NCBI GenBank assembly: GCA_964036045.1
Contig: OZ038379.1
Coordinates: forward strand, 30,070,001-30,134,000
Source of the DNA: Eutreptiella sp. 'Long Island Sound 2002'
Lineage: Eukaryota > Protista > Euglenida
Direction: 5' to 3'
DNA: 64,000 bases
In this document: piece after piece, positions 43,211 through 56,600 of the stretch
Layout of the letters: the number at the start of each line of letters is the position of its first letter
Position numbering within the stretch: the stretch's first letter is position 1
The notes under the pieces: generated by a model
Told to the model about the DNA's origin: nothing
Database searches by the model: none
What the model saw: the letters and a program-made list of their open reading frames with translations, nothing else
Made by a program: the position numbers and the translations under genes

Positions 43211-45988
43211 ATGACAGATAATTGTAGACCGATACCCTGTAGGCAAGGGCATAGGTCCGCACACCGACCTCCACGAGTTTGGCCGTTATGTCCTAAGCTT
43301 GAGCTTGGGGTTGGATAGTGCCACGCACGTTCATTGGGAAGACAGAGAGGTAGTTCTATAGCTGCCCCGCCGCAGAATGATTATCATGTTGGACAACATC
43401 CGTCTCTGGTGGAAGCATGGTATCTGTTGTCACAGGTGATAGGACGAGCATCACCTTGCGCGGATAAGTCAATGAGAGACCATGGTAAAACCTCCAACCG
43501 CCCGAAATCACCAAGAACTACAACAGAGGGTCTGCATGTCATTTTCCTTGTCTTGCTGTCTTAGTTTTGTTCCTCAAATGGTCTTTGTGCCTTGTGTTGC
43601 CTTCTTTTGTTGCACACTACAGATCAATGATTCTCAGGATGGGAAACACCAGACCAACCCCCCCCCCCGTTGGGAAGATGGAGCCAATCCATAGACGGTG
43701 TCCCACTCGATTGTTGGACAACACTCCCCAGTTTCCCTGCCTATGGATGCGGGATGACACCCCAAGACATTGGTCCCTAATCACGGTGGTTTGACCCTCA
43801 AAGGTCCCGGGGCCTGTCCCATTGATGACAAGGTATTGACTCAGTCCCGAAAGGCTATACTCGGTCTCCTACCTAGCGGGGACACTTGACGGAAATGGTT
43901 GGTAAAACTAGCCCAAACGCGGTCCCACGTAGGTGCAGGGATGACTCCCAACAGAGTCCCTCGACCAAGTCCTCCATTCGGTGCCCCTGCCCCAGAACAT
44001 AGCACTCTACTATGTCTCTCAAGCATGTTTTTGTGATGTGACACGGGACACCAACTACACCCCTGAGCAGTAACTGGAGTTCAGTTGTGCTGTTCAATCG
44101 GAGAAACCAATCTTAGCGTGCTCGTTATGCGATTGGGAGATATTCACCGACGTCATCAATTCCATGTTTCCATTTCTGCCGACCGCTTGATTCTAAGCAG
44201 CCCTGCATGCATTGTGTCACTGGGAGTACTTCACATACTAGTGTCGTAGAAATATTGCCATCTTTGTCATTTTTGCGTGCCGCAACCTACCACCGCCGAG
44301 GAAATTTTGCAGCCATGTCTGTGTCAGAATTACCCAATTTGGATTGCTAGCTGTCACTGCCACTGGCGACCTCTGGACCTCGAGTGCCGTTAGTTACTGA
44401 TGATCGCTCGGCCGTGAGTACGTCGATGCTGAGAACGATCTGCAAACAATGCACCAACCCCTGCGATCGGAATCCCTCAATCTATTTTGCTAGCAGCTAT
44501 TGGTACCAATACTGATCAGGTAGTTGATAGAGTACTGAGAACAAGGTGTAGATGACTCCTGTGCCAACAGTTGACAATTTCATTGAGGATGTCCTGGTGT
44601 TGACTACTGTCAATTACTACACATCTTGCGTTTCAATCACTATCAATGCTAACAACGGCCTACTAACGACACGCCTCGTGTTATCGGGATTTCTATCAAG
44701 CAGCTTCTCATCTCCACACTGATTCTTGTGACTAGGGTTATGCAATTTGTATTGCCAGTGTTTGCTAATTTATTGAAGACCATCTGACTTTGATTACTAC
44801 CAGTTACTGATGATCTCTGTATTACAACTACGGCAGCTTCAATTAATGGCTTTTATCATGGAGGCCGCTCGTGCCGTGGTGGTCCTCATGCTCGTGCTCA
44901 AGGTGCGTGCAATGCAAAATTTCGGTATCTGTGGGGACCCACAGGGCTATATAGCACCTGCTAGGGAGGCGTTAACCACGTGTTGTTGTGCCCATGTGCT
45001 GCGGGTATGTTGTCTCCACATGAGGTGGTGTAGGTACGAAATTCTTGTTGTCTCACAGCGATGAAACAATTCGTCTTTGTCTTGGATTGCCCCCGGCACC
45101 AACGTCTTCTACAATTTTTCCACTACACAGGAGAGAGTTCTTGCAGTTGTTTTGGGCCCCTCCAAGCTGGATGGTGATTTCTTGGCCATCGAATATACGA
45201 TGAAGGGGAGGACAATCACGCATGATTGTGCACCCCTTCACCGGTTGGAGTTCCCCATCGGCGGCACATCACTAGCATCCCAGCCCCAGAAGAAGCTGAT
45301 GCATAGCCAACGCTTTTTGGCGATGAGGAGGCTGCATTCAATTTTGGCTGCCCCAGTTCGGCCACATCTGAGTTCCTGAGTTCCTTTATAAATGAGCCGA
45401 TACACCGTGCATCTGAGTCATATTGGTTTGCTGACATGATAGGTAGTGGAGAACATTCTCATTCTTGGAGTTCCGGTCTGGGGTCTGGCACCAGAAGGTG
45501 GATGTGTTGGGGCCAGAACTTGGGTATAGCCTTTCCAAACATGTGTGTAATCTCCTTCGGTCAGGCACATATTCGATCTCGTGGTGCTCATTTGCTAAAT
45601 GATTGCACACATTTCTTCCCACTCTCCTGGGAACCACATACACAGGTATTCAATATTAGGGATCTCTCTACAGACCATCACCAAATGTTTGCTCCAACCA
45701 CAATTTGAACCCCCCGCCCCCCCCACCCTAATCTTGATCCGTTGGATCCGCGAGGTTGCTATGCAGACAAGATTATTTACGCCCACAAGTGTCATCTTAT
45801 CGAGTTTCGTTCTGTGGCGAACAGTTGCTGAATAATTGCGCTCCAATGATAGGGCCTTTCGGTATGCCATGTACCAAGGGAAGGGTACAAGCCACTGTAG
45901 CTTTCATGTGTGCAGGCTAGGTCCACCGGGTTGTTCTGCAGGTAAAATTAGGTCCTCAAAACACAGCCCCCCCCCCCCCTGATCCCGG

Positions 45989-46226
45989 TCTTGGGTTTCT
46001 AGTTTTGCTATGTTGGCAAGTTGCTGCGCCGTGCAAAGGAGTCAGTTAGACGATAGTCTTACTAGTCTCACTATGTGTCCGCAATCCCCACCTCCAAGTT
46101 GCATAGATCTTGGGTTTCTAGTTTTGCTATGTTGGCAAGTTGCTGCGCCGTGCAAAGGAGTCAGTCAGAGGATAGTCTTACTAGTCTCACTATGTGTCCG
46201 CAATCCCCACCTCCAGGTTGCATAGA
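45989..46226. repeat. 119-bp tandem duplication
   Basis: TCTTGGGTTTCTAGTTTTGCTATG... starts at 45989 and 46108; near-identical. Confidence 0.92.
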
Positions 46227-47524
46227 CTGCGAGGTGATTCAAGATGGGCACTACGGTGCATTGTCCGCGGACGCCTCACTTACACTATGTTGAATCCATC
46301 CCGACAACAATTTTGCTGTGTGTCCACCGCCCCCTTGTCCTAGGGCCCAGGTTGGTGGTGAGGTGGTGTCATGATGGATTGCCCAATGTTTTTTTGTCTA
46401 GAGTGGAAAAGCTGGCATCTCTGGTCTCCCTTTCCCTTCCCAGCACTTCGGCACCGCACAACACAAACCCATATTCAGCAAGATTGCCTTGAGTGCGTGC
46501 GGGGTACGCGAGAATATGGGAGGTCGGTAATACAGTTACCCCAGTCCACTATTGGTACTTGTGTCTCCATCGGAACACCATGTATTATATGCAGCAGCGG
46601 GTACACCAGGTCTCACTCCGGTCTTGCTTAGTGGCTGAGTCTATTTATGGGACGGGTGTGTTGTATGATGGGCTAACCCTCCCATGGACTTCGGCTAGCC
46701 ACGAACGCTACATGCCCGTGGTCAAGCCGCCAAGATGGTGTCACTGCCTTTTTTTAAAAAAATGAAATACAACGGCGCATTGAAACATGACGGTTTAGAT
46801 TTGACATGGCATCATGCTTGATTGTACGGGTGCCTCTGCTGTGCTGCTCATTCACATAAAGGGTTGATTGTTGATTGATTGGAGCTAATTGTCACAAGAT
46901 GGGGTGGATGTTGAGGTGCCCTGGTGACAGAGTTGGGCGAACATTCAAGGGAAGCCGCATGGTTTCAACCTTTTTTTGCCGCTTGATGTTGAGTTGGGCC
47001 AGGGGCAATCCAGCTCACCTTACAAGGAACCAAGAAGACGATATTTGGCTACAGAGCTATGATTGGCCAAGAGAACAATGGTGCATGTGTTTGTGTCAAG
47101 CGTAAGCCGCTTATTTTTTTTATATTTGGCGTAAGTCGCTTATTTAAATTTTTTCTAGGCGTAAGTCGAGTGTGGAAAAAACAAACTGAAAAACGTAACA
47201 TACGCGACTTACGCTTTTTTTGCGACGGGACCTACACCTAAAAAAAAAGTTACGCGACTTACGCTTTTTTTTATACGCGACCTACGGCAAAAAAAAAATG
47301 AATAAGCGAGTGACACTTTTTTTTTTCTAAAAAAGCGAGTTACGCTTTTTTTTTATAAAACAGCGAGTTATGCTTTTTTTTTTTTATAAAACAGCGAGTT
47401 ACACTTTTTTTTCTATAAAAAGGCGAGTCACGTTTTTTTGTAAAAAAAGCGAGGTACGCTTTTTTGGTTACGCGACCCACACTTATTTCGATACGCAACC
47501 TACAGCCAGAACAAATAAAAATGG

Positions 47525-47870
47525 GGAGAAGGAGTCACAATCCACGCTTTTTTTGTGTGGCCCCTCGAGTTGGGGTTAGGGACTCACAATCCATGTTTTT
47601 TTGCGTGGCCCCTCGAGTTAGGGTTAGGGACTCACAATCCACGCTTTTTTGTGTGGCCCCTCGAGTTGGGGTTAAGGACTCACAATCCACGCTTTTTTGC
47701 GTGGCCCCTCGAGTTGGGGCTAGGGACTCACAATCCACGCTTTTTTGCGTGGCCCCTCGAGTTGGGGTTAGGGACTCACAATCCATGCTTTTTTGCGTGG
47801 CGCCTTGAGTTGGGGTTAGGGACTCGCAATCCACGCTTGTTTGCGTGGCCCCTCGAGTTGGGGTTAGGTT
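47525..47870. repeat. 48-bp minisatellite, ~7 copies
   Basis: Unit GGACTCACAATCCACGCTTTTTTGCGTGGCCCCTCGAGTTGGGGTTAG, head-to-tail without spacers. Confidence 0.95.
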
Positions 47871-48027
47871 GTTGTTGTTGTTGTTGTGTGGCCCTTGAGT
47901 TGGCCCCTCCAGTCGGGGTCTAGGACTAAGTAGTTATGCTTTTTGTCCCTTGCACAGGGACCCTACAGTGCCTTGAGCGTGCTGGCCGGCGGGTAACGGC
48001 TCATCGCACCATTAGGTTTGGGGTGTT

Positions 48028-49257
48028 GTGCCCCCCGTTGTGCCTCCCTCCAACGTAGCCAAGCCGTTGATTGCCGGCATTTCCGAGGAGGAGGATACTG
48101 CTATCCCTGTGGCTCCAGCATGCATGGCGACCCGCCGGACGCCCGTTGATGAAACCAAGCCTCTTGTTGTGGGAGATTGGTTAAGCAACAAGGACATTGT
48201 TGCGTGGCAGAACGACAAGTTGTACCACAATGAGGCCGAGGAGCCACGGGTATGGACTATGGCGCTGACATACATTGCGTCCTGCCTGAAGAGGATGAGG
48301 AAGTACGAAGACATTAAGGGCAACAACCGTAAAACTGTTCGTTTGGCTTGGAGGCAACGCCACATATTTACTGTTAATAGTGACGATCGCGAAGGGCTCC
48401 ATTGGTTTCTTTGTGCCATCGATTGCAAAGTCCCAGTATGGGCCTTCAAAGTCCACATCTGGGAGCCACTTTGTGGTAATTCTTTGGTCGGCCAATGTTC
48501 AATGTTCAACGCCTCCAGTCAAAGGGTGTTGCCGCACATGCTCGGGCTTTGGGTTTTCAAGAGGATGGTTGGTCATGTGGCTATCAATCGCCGCATCTTT
48601 GTGATGAGGTGGCCAACCAAAGGGGAAGCCTGGACGATGTTGTTGTTACACCTTTGCCGAAAGGATTCATCAAGGAAGCACTGCGCATCATCCGTCCGAG
48701 TCCCTCGCACCATCCCGGAGAATGGGTGGGAGAAGGAGTTGACTTGCTGGAAGCCTGGAGAATCTCCTCCTCCCCCAGCCTCCAACCCTGAGTCCCTGCC
48801 CCCATCTACTTCCCCCCTCCTTTTCGATGAAGAGGATCCTCTTTCGGAATCCGAGGGCAACATTGCTGCCTCCTTGGAGCCAACGGTGGGGGAATTCCCT
48901 GCCTTCCTGGCCTCCAACTCCGAGGACGTGCCCCAAGATGGGAAGTCAGTGAAGGGCAATGTTAAGGCCCCTCCACAAACCCCGCAGTCCACTTCCTCTT
49001 CTAACCCCCCCACGAGTGATGATGCCCGTCCATACGTGTTCATCCGTGGGAAGCTTTTCGAGGTGCCCGAGGCGTACCCAAAGGGCGCAGAGGGTCGGTT
49101 GGTGAATGACAAACGATTTATTCGAGAGCTGGAAGAGTTGCTTGTGAAGGACATCCGTAACGCTTGTGCGCGGAACACAAATCCGTGTGCAAAGCCGAAG
49201 GCATCGGACACAAAGTCTGATTTGATCTACAAGCGTGTGTTTGGCGACTTCTTGTAG
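48028..49257 (+). pseudogene. Ulp1/SENP-like (C48) cysteine protease, frameshifted near 48490
   Basis: GDWLSNKDI, GLHWFLCAID (His), IWEPL (acid), and in the shifted frame (ORF 48495-48791) FQEDGWSCG (oxyanion Gln and catalytic Cys). Confidence 0.75.
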
Positions 49258-52200
49258 TTGGCCCCACGCCATTATGGTTGCATGCGAAGAATGTAGTTGG
49301 CCCCAGGCCACCGGACTCAGGTGGTATCACTGGCTTGAGCTTCATAGCCAGTGGCACCGGCAGCAATATAGTCATTTTGATACCGCTTGCCAAAGGCCGA
49401 AGGGCAAATTGCATTTTTTGTTTGCGGTCATGATGAGTGTGCTCCACGTTATTTCCGCCATCTGCCGCACGTTATTTCCGCCATCTGCCGGCGATGAGTA
49501 TAAAGCCCACCCTTCACGCCACGGCTCCATTGCTTTACCAGTGCCGGAGGTACCCAAAATGTCCGTGGGGGCTATATGCTTCACCTCCTCCGGTAGCAAT
49601 GGCGGTTGTTGGGTGGTTCCTGTGTTTCCCCGCCTTTTTTTTTTCGGAAAAATGGGTTTTTTTTCCCCATACGCGACTTACGCCAAAAAAAAAGTTTACG
49701 CGACTTACACCAAAAAACAATTTCCGTCGAAAAAAAAACGCAACTTACGCCAGAAAAAAAGTTTACGCGACTTACGCCAAAAAAAAAATAAAAAAGCGAC
49801 TTACGCTTATTTCCACAATCGAGCTACGCTTTCCTCCATGTGTTTGCTCTGGAGTTGGATCTGACTGCGTGTCATTGCTGATACGTGCAAGATACGGTTG
49901 TGTCCAAGGTACTGTTCAGTGCACGTGCTGGATGAATTTAGCACGTGGGCGTATCTTAGAGGGGGGAGGGGTGAGCAAGTGGCATGGTAAAGCGTGCCTA
50001 AAAGCCTCATTTCTTTGCGAATTTTGTGTGGACTTGACTGTTCATTCTGCTTCGCTGCCCCAATGTTCTTTTGGGAGACGGTGCTTTCCATTTTCTTGCA
50101 AAGGTTTGAATTCACAAAGTGCAAAGTGCAAGTTGATGGACAACACCAAGGATCATCGGGTACCTTGCTACTGCCCAATTTGCTTGAGGCAACAACCGAC
50201 CACAAACTGACACATCATTTGGTTTGGATTGCTTTGTAGGACCGTCACTTTTTTTTTCACTGCGGATAGCCCTTGGGACTAGTCTCTCCACTGGCCAACA
50301 CAATGAGTGCGACTGAGAATCATCAGAGTGACAGTGTTGGTTCGTTGACCCAGACACGCATTGTGCCGCCCCCCCCCCCCCCCCCTATTTGAATAGAAAC
50401 CACCCTTGATTAGCTAACGGGGGGGGGGGCGAGGGAACCGTCACTTTCAGTTTTCCAAATTTTCTTAGAAGGCTAGATATTGAGCTTCCCCTGTGTGTTT
50501 GCTGGTTGGACAAGGTACCCCCCACCCTCCATTGCAATCTCCCCCCCCCCCGAGGAGGAAGACCGTCACTTCACTGTTTTGCTAGGCAGCATCTATTGCG
50601 GTGGTTTGTGTTCCCCATCTGTCACACACACATTTTTGCATTGCTTTCCCATTACTTCAGATCAGTCACCTGTGTGTATTCTGTTATATTCTCTCTCCAA
50701 AGGCAGTGTACAGGGTGTCGTGTCCCTTTTTCAGACCCAAGATGTTTTCTCCTGGTGACCGTGTGTGGCACCACTCACACACACTTGGTGCACATGTGTT
50801 GGCCCCTGTTGTGGGGCATTCACCAAATGGGCTGCAATTTTGACACATGCGGTGCTTACGCCCTGGTGGGGTCACTCAAAGTGATCATGAGAGTGCTCAA
50901 CTCTCAAGGCTCGAGGCTGTGGTGGTTGCATCACCCAAGTCGCTTCACCTGTGTTCTGTTTGCTTGCATCAGTGGAGGGTACCACCGTTTGCCTTGAAAT
51001 ACCCTTGCACCCCCCCCCCCCCCTCTGGGGGGGTGCCTTTCTCTGTCTTGTAGCATATAAACACTCTCATGTTGACAAAACAAGGCCAACAGGTGCAGTG
51101 ATTTGTATGGTAGCACATTTGTACCATACCAATGATCTCATGGACCTGCCGAACATTGCTGCATATCTCTCGGGGACGGTACTGATTATGCCAACACGGA
51201 GCGTTTTCTGGGGTCGCCGTCATTGTTGCCTCGTTTGTGCCCGCTGAGTGTCCCAAAGGGGTGGGTATGTGGGGTATATTCGGAAAGCCCTTGAAAAGGG
51301 CTTTTCGGAGATGTATGGGTTAGGGGGGGGTCCGGAACCATATTTTTTCAAAAATTGGCCGTTACCGTTGACAGGTTGGGTTTTTTTTGCCTGTTCTAGT
51401 CCGGTTTCAGACAGACTGCACCGCACCCCTACCCCCATTACTCCAACAGATCGGCATATGAGGGTCAAGTCATTAGGGTGGATTTGTTGCATTTGATGTG
51501 TAGAAGACATGTGCAACATGGGTCCCCTCAAGACCCCAATATGTTGAAGACTTTGACCAATAACTACCTTGGACACCCGGGTGATGCCTGGTGCAACTTG
51601 CAGCATCAAGCTCACCACAGTGCAAGAAATCAAGGATGGCAGAATTTCTCAAACAGGCTGTCAAGTTGGGACATGAGACCACAATATTTGGATTCAGCAC
51701 GTGAAACTGCATCCATTTACCTCCTTTCACTTTGCTCCAACTCCACAATATGTCGGAGCACCCAGGGGAAAACCTGTGAGTTGGTGTCCCCCACGCGTGA
51801 GCGGAGCAGCCTGAGGCCCGAAAACCCTGAAACGCCAAAAAGTTCGGCCTCAGTACTCAAAGATATGGTCACCTATCCCCCCCCAACCCATACATTTCTG
51901 AAACGGCCTTTTCTCACAGATTTCGAAAAGCATACACATACCCCCCCCTATGGAACGAAATTTTGGTGCATTGGACCAAAACGTGAGAAAACCCTGAAAA
52001 ATTGCGAATTTGCTCCGTGTTGGCACGTTCTGAATGTCCCCGAGAGATATGCATACCAGGACGTGCATGTGTAGAGCGCTTTGAGACCTGCTTGCGCCCT
52101 GGGGGGAGACCATCACTTGGCGACTGTCTCCTCCCCCCCCCCCCCTGGGGGGGGGACCGTAGCGCGCTGCGGGGGGAGATTGCAAGGGGGGAGGTAGTAT

Positions 52201-53659
52201 AATTGGTGCATTGCTGTGTACTTGAAATTTCGTGCATCCAAGCCACTACAATGAACCCTGTATCAAGCAGAACACCTAGTTTTTCGCAATTTCAGCCATG
52301 GATGTCGATCATATCAACACTTATTCACCTGGTACTGTTGTCAATTTCCACCGTTCAGGAGGCAGTGTTGTGCTTGCCAAGATTTTGCCAACAGGAAATT
52401 GTATTTCATGTGTGATGTTCCTGAGCCAAACTGCTTGCCAGAGGGGTTGGATCCCCCGGTCAAACCTGCTGCCAAGCCTGCTCCCAAAGCTGCCAAACCT
52501 CGTGCCAACCCCTCTTCTAAGAGAGCAGCCAAACCTGCTGCCCAGGTGGCAGCCAAGCATGCAGCCAAGCCTGCAGCCGGAGAGCCCATTCCAGTGGCCC
52601 CTGTTGAGCATGTGCAGAAAAAGTGCCAACAGAGCCTGTCCCTCAGTAGAGCTGGACATGCATTCCAACAGGCAGTTTCCGGGTCTTTTTGTGGTTCATA
52701 TGCCCTCGTGTTTGCATGTTTTGCTTGTCACGCGTCCTTTGTGTTCCCTCAGGGGGCGAGGGAACCGTCTCTTTTGGTATGTTCCCCCTGGGGTGTTAGG
52801 ATACCGTGGTGTGCAGGTGGTTACTTTTCAAGAGGGAGGGGGGTAATCTAGGAGCAACACATGTGGCAGTCGGGTATTGCGGTCTCTGGAAGCCTCATCT
52901 GCCACTAAGGCATTATGTTTTTTTCAAAAATTGAAACCCGTTACTTTTTTGCGAAGGAGGTACGAGGTTTCAAAAAGGTTTCTTCTCGGGGTTTGTAAAA
53001 GAAACTGCTTGAAAACCAAAAAGGGTACTTCTGTTCAAAAGAGGTAACTTCTTAAAACATTTTATCTCTAGCAGCATGCCCAGCTCTGGATGTAGTGAGA
53101 GGGTAAGAGTGGTTTCAGACGGGTGAGAGGTGATTGGTCGTGAATGTCATGAGATTGGGCATGTGTACAGGTGGGTCTCCTGTTTGGCATCATGTGATTG
53201 CCATGGATTCTGGGGGCAGGGCTTAGCTCAAGGTGCGCCCTACTTCAAAGAGTTGATCAGCAATTTAGAACTGCTATTTGAGAAGGTCAACTTCATCACA
53301 GCAAGGGGCAAGACACGTCGGCAGCTTGGAAGCTAGGTCCAGAACTACTGCCATTCAACATTACTCTGGTTCTGGCTCCTGGTGCACTGTATCGTTCCTA
53401 TTGGCAGGTTTGCTACATCGTTGCTGGGATGGGGGAAGAGCGGGCTGCGGTAGAGGTACTGGGTGTGTCTGCCTGTTTTTTGCGGTTTTCGAGTGCGCAG
53501 GCGCCCACTTTATGTTGTTTGTGTTTTTCTGCTCAAACGCTCTGCTCTTGTTTTTTTGGCAGTTTAATCCCCCCACAGGGAGTTTGTCAGCCCACAGGGA
53601 GCACGCCTCTGTTTTGTATTCCTGGCTTTGGTGTCCAGATTGGGTTGTGAGTGCACAAT

Positions 53660-56600
53660 ATGAGCTTTGAGTTTGATTTTGGCTGCGAAAAAGATGCAGC
53701 AGACGCAGCAATGGAGGAGTTGCCCATCTGCGAGTTGGTGGAGATCAGTCTATCGGACACATGTAAAGTGCCATTTGAAGCAATGGTGCAAGGCTGCAAA
53801 CACGTGTCTGTCAATTTCAGCAAAGGAGTTCAGTTGCAACATTTCGTCCTGAATCCAGCTTATCTTTCAACAACAACGGCGAGTGCTTTTGCAGCAGAAC
53901 TGACCAAAACTGACATCATCCCCAACGTATATGAAGGTGTCGATTGTGCTCCTTTGTGCGAGGAAGGAAGGGAAGTGCCTTACTTCCTTGATTCAAAACA
54001 CAAACATGAGGTAAGGTGAAACATTCGACCACAGGTCGCATGTGACGTTGCTTTTGCCCTCCCCCCCCCTGGGTCATGTCCAGAGGAGGGTGGTTATGAA
54101 GGTGTGCTGGGTGCCAAATTCGGTGAGCCCTGATCACCCTGACAAGCATCCCCAGCACAAGCAAGCACTTTTTCCTGTGTAGCCGGGGGCTGCAAAAAAC
54201 CGTGGGGAGAAGCTACAAGTCCAACCCCTGCAAAAGGGGGAGTGTCACCCCCCCTCATTGAGCCTTTATGACCCCCCCCCCGCCCGGTGCATCCCTGAGG
54301 ATTCCCTCCTCAAAGGCAAACACGTACGCTCACCTGGAAGTACCAACCGGCATACTGTTTCAGCCGTTCTGGCGACCCCCCCCCCCAATCGTTCGCAATT
54401 CAGCCAGCAGCAGCGCTCTTCAGCTGTCAGGCTCTTGGGCTTACCTGCATGCCCTCCTCTCATTACAGGCCTGTTGGGGGCGGAGGGGCGGATGGGGGGT
54501 AATTTTTTGCTTTTGCCCCACATGTTTGTACTGAATGTGCACAGAATTTAATGAAGAATGAGACATGAGACATTTAATGAAACATGAGACAGAAACATCA
54601 AATTTAGTTTTGACCCATTTCCCTTTTTGGGGACCCCGAGACGGCAAGGGCTTTGTGGCCACTTTGATTTCTCCCTCCTTTGGGCATCCCGAGACAGAAG
54701 GGGTTAAGCAGCCATTTCTGTTTTTCCGAGATAGCAGGGGTCCTCTTCCAGCTTCCCGCCATTGGATGCTGGGTCATTTGCAAGTGGCCGGCCCCGAAAA
54801 GATCCCCCGCCCCCCGGTTCTGGTGATAGATAGTTGGTTGGTAGTCACCTGTGGACCGACTGCCCCCCCCCCCCCCCTTTGGGCATGCAACTTATTGGCA
54901 TGGTCTCTTTTTCCCTTGACCAAGACCCCAAGACCTGAGCAAAGGCCATATGTTGGCGCTTGGAAAGTGTTGGTGACTCTCTTGGGGGTAGTAGCCCGAA
55001 AAGGCAAAGGGTCACTGGATTTTAGTGTGCACATAGTGGACAAGGCATCTGGGTGGACACAGGCCACAACTGTCGGTGGGGGGACATGGACTGAGATACC
55101 CATGCACTGCACCGTTGGGGTCATGCACCAACACTCACAGATGGCACCTGGATCCAACATGGTCCAACATGAGTGCAGCACCTTGAGGGATCTACCTTTA
55201 GGGCGCGTGCAAGTTGCAATGTTATGCAGATAGGGTACATGGAGGAGGGAGGGTAGGGACCTTTTTCTGCCACCATTACATTGTCATGAAACTGGTGCAA
55301 CCTGACAGTGTTTCCTATCGGCAGTAGCCATTAGACAACCCGTGAATCCGCCATGAACATACAGCACATTTGACGAAGCAAAGAAACCCTGGTTTTCCAC
55401 ATCCATACACACTGGAGGTCAACGGACTGGTTGCAAAAGGGGCGTCCTTTGGGCATGGCACCGGTGCAGCAACAGGGTTCCCTTTCAGCTGGCACAGTAT
55501 CATCTTCGATGCAAGTGGCTACGTTGTCTGTGTGCCTGTTGTCCGCTTTGTGCACTTCCATGGTGTGGGTTGTGTCGATTGTTGGCCACGGAATGGGACA
55601 TCCCCATCTTTGTATACTGGGTCTTCCACATAGTTTGCCCCTCACTTTGTAGGACGCTGTATCTGATTTTTTTTGGCATTGGTTGTGCCAGTTTGCTTTT
55701 TTTGTTGGTGAGAGGCTATGCCTGTCGCATTTGCTGCACTCCAGGCTTTGTTCTACCCAATGTGCCGATTGGGCGACTGATTTTTGTGCCTTTTCAATCC
55801 TGTGTGTATCCCGAGACCCTTCGCCATAGGGGGACTGGGGTGTCCACGGAGGAGGGCCCCTTGAATTTGCAGATCATCCCAAGTGTGGTGCAAGTGTGGT
55901 GGGTTGCTGGTCGTGGCGGCGATCCAGCTTGTGCACGTGCTGAACTCCTTGTGTCGCTTCAGTGAAAGGAGCATATGACATGTCGCTGATGATTTGTGTT
56001 GACTTTTGCTTTGCTCCTCCTTGGGGTACATGGGTTATCTCAAGCATGTGCTTCCTTTGAGGGAACTCAGATGAGGGGTACTCGAGAGGTAGCAGTGACA
56101 TTATGAGGGAGTAACAGCGCACTAGGTGCACCCCGGGCATCTTTTTTGGCCACTTCCAGGGGCATACCGTGCACTGTAGGCTATTTTGGGGCATGTGGTT
56201 GTACTAGAAATTCATACTTCTTGATACTAGGGGCATCCTTGTTGTTTGAAAATGGGTATTTTGATGCTTCTTCATTAGTCATTGATGCCCCATGGTTTCC
56301 ATCTTCTTTGGTATCGGTTTCGAGTCTCCACCACCCCCATCGATTCCCGGAATGGACGTCCCTTCAAAAGTCCCTTTGCACCTCCCCGGTGGAAAGGATG
56401 ATGGCAACCCCTCCCCATCGGTCTGCGCAACGGAAGTCCCCCCAAAAGTCCCTTTGGACCCCCTTGGTGACAGCCAACCCGTTCGCGGTGGATGTTCATG
56501 GGTGGTACAAGGCATGCATTGAGCAGCTGTTTACTCACTTGTGGCATTGGGGTTGGGTTAGGAACATTTGGTGTGGTGCCCCGATGAGTTGCACTAGTCC

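Larger units (their letters stand above)
47094..49836 (+). mobile_element. Non-autonomous MULE-like element carrying a Ulp1-like protease
   Basis: Inverted ends built of CGTAAG(C/T)CGC / GCGACTTACG units (47098-47470 and 49660-49808). Flanking direct repeat CATGTGTTTG at 47084-47093 and 49837-49846 is a candidate 9-10 bp TSD. No transposase seen. Confidence 0.6.

Noticed and set aside
44300-44990. gag/ORF1 zinc knuckle (GICGDPQGYIAPA)
   Set aside because: Only a partial CCHC resemblance, with no LTRs or linked pol found.
47525-47870. CRISPR-like array
   Set aside because: Units are head-to-tail with no unique spacers, there are no cas genes, and the context is eukaryotic.
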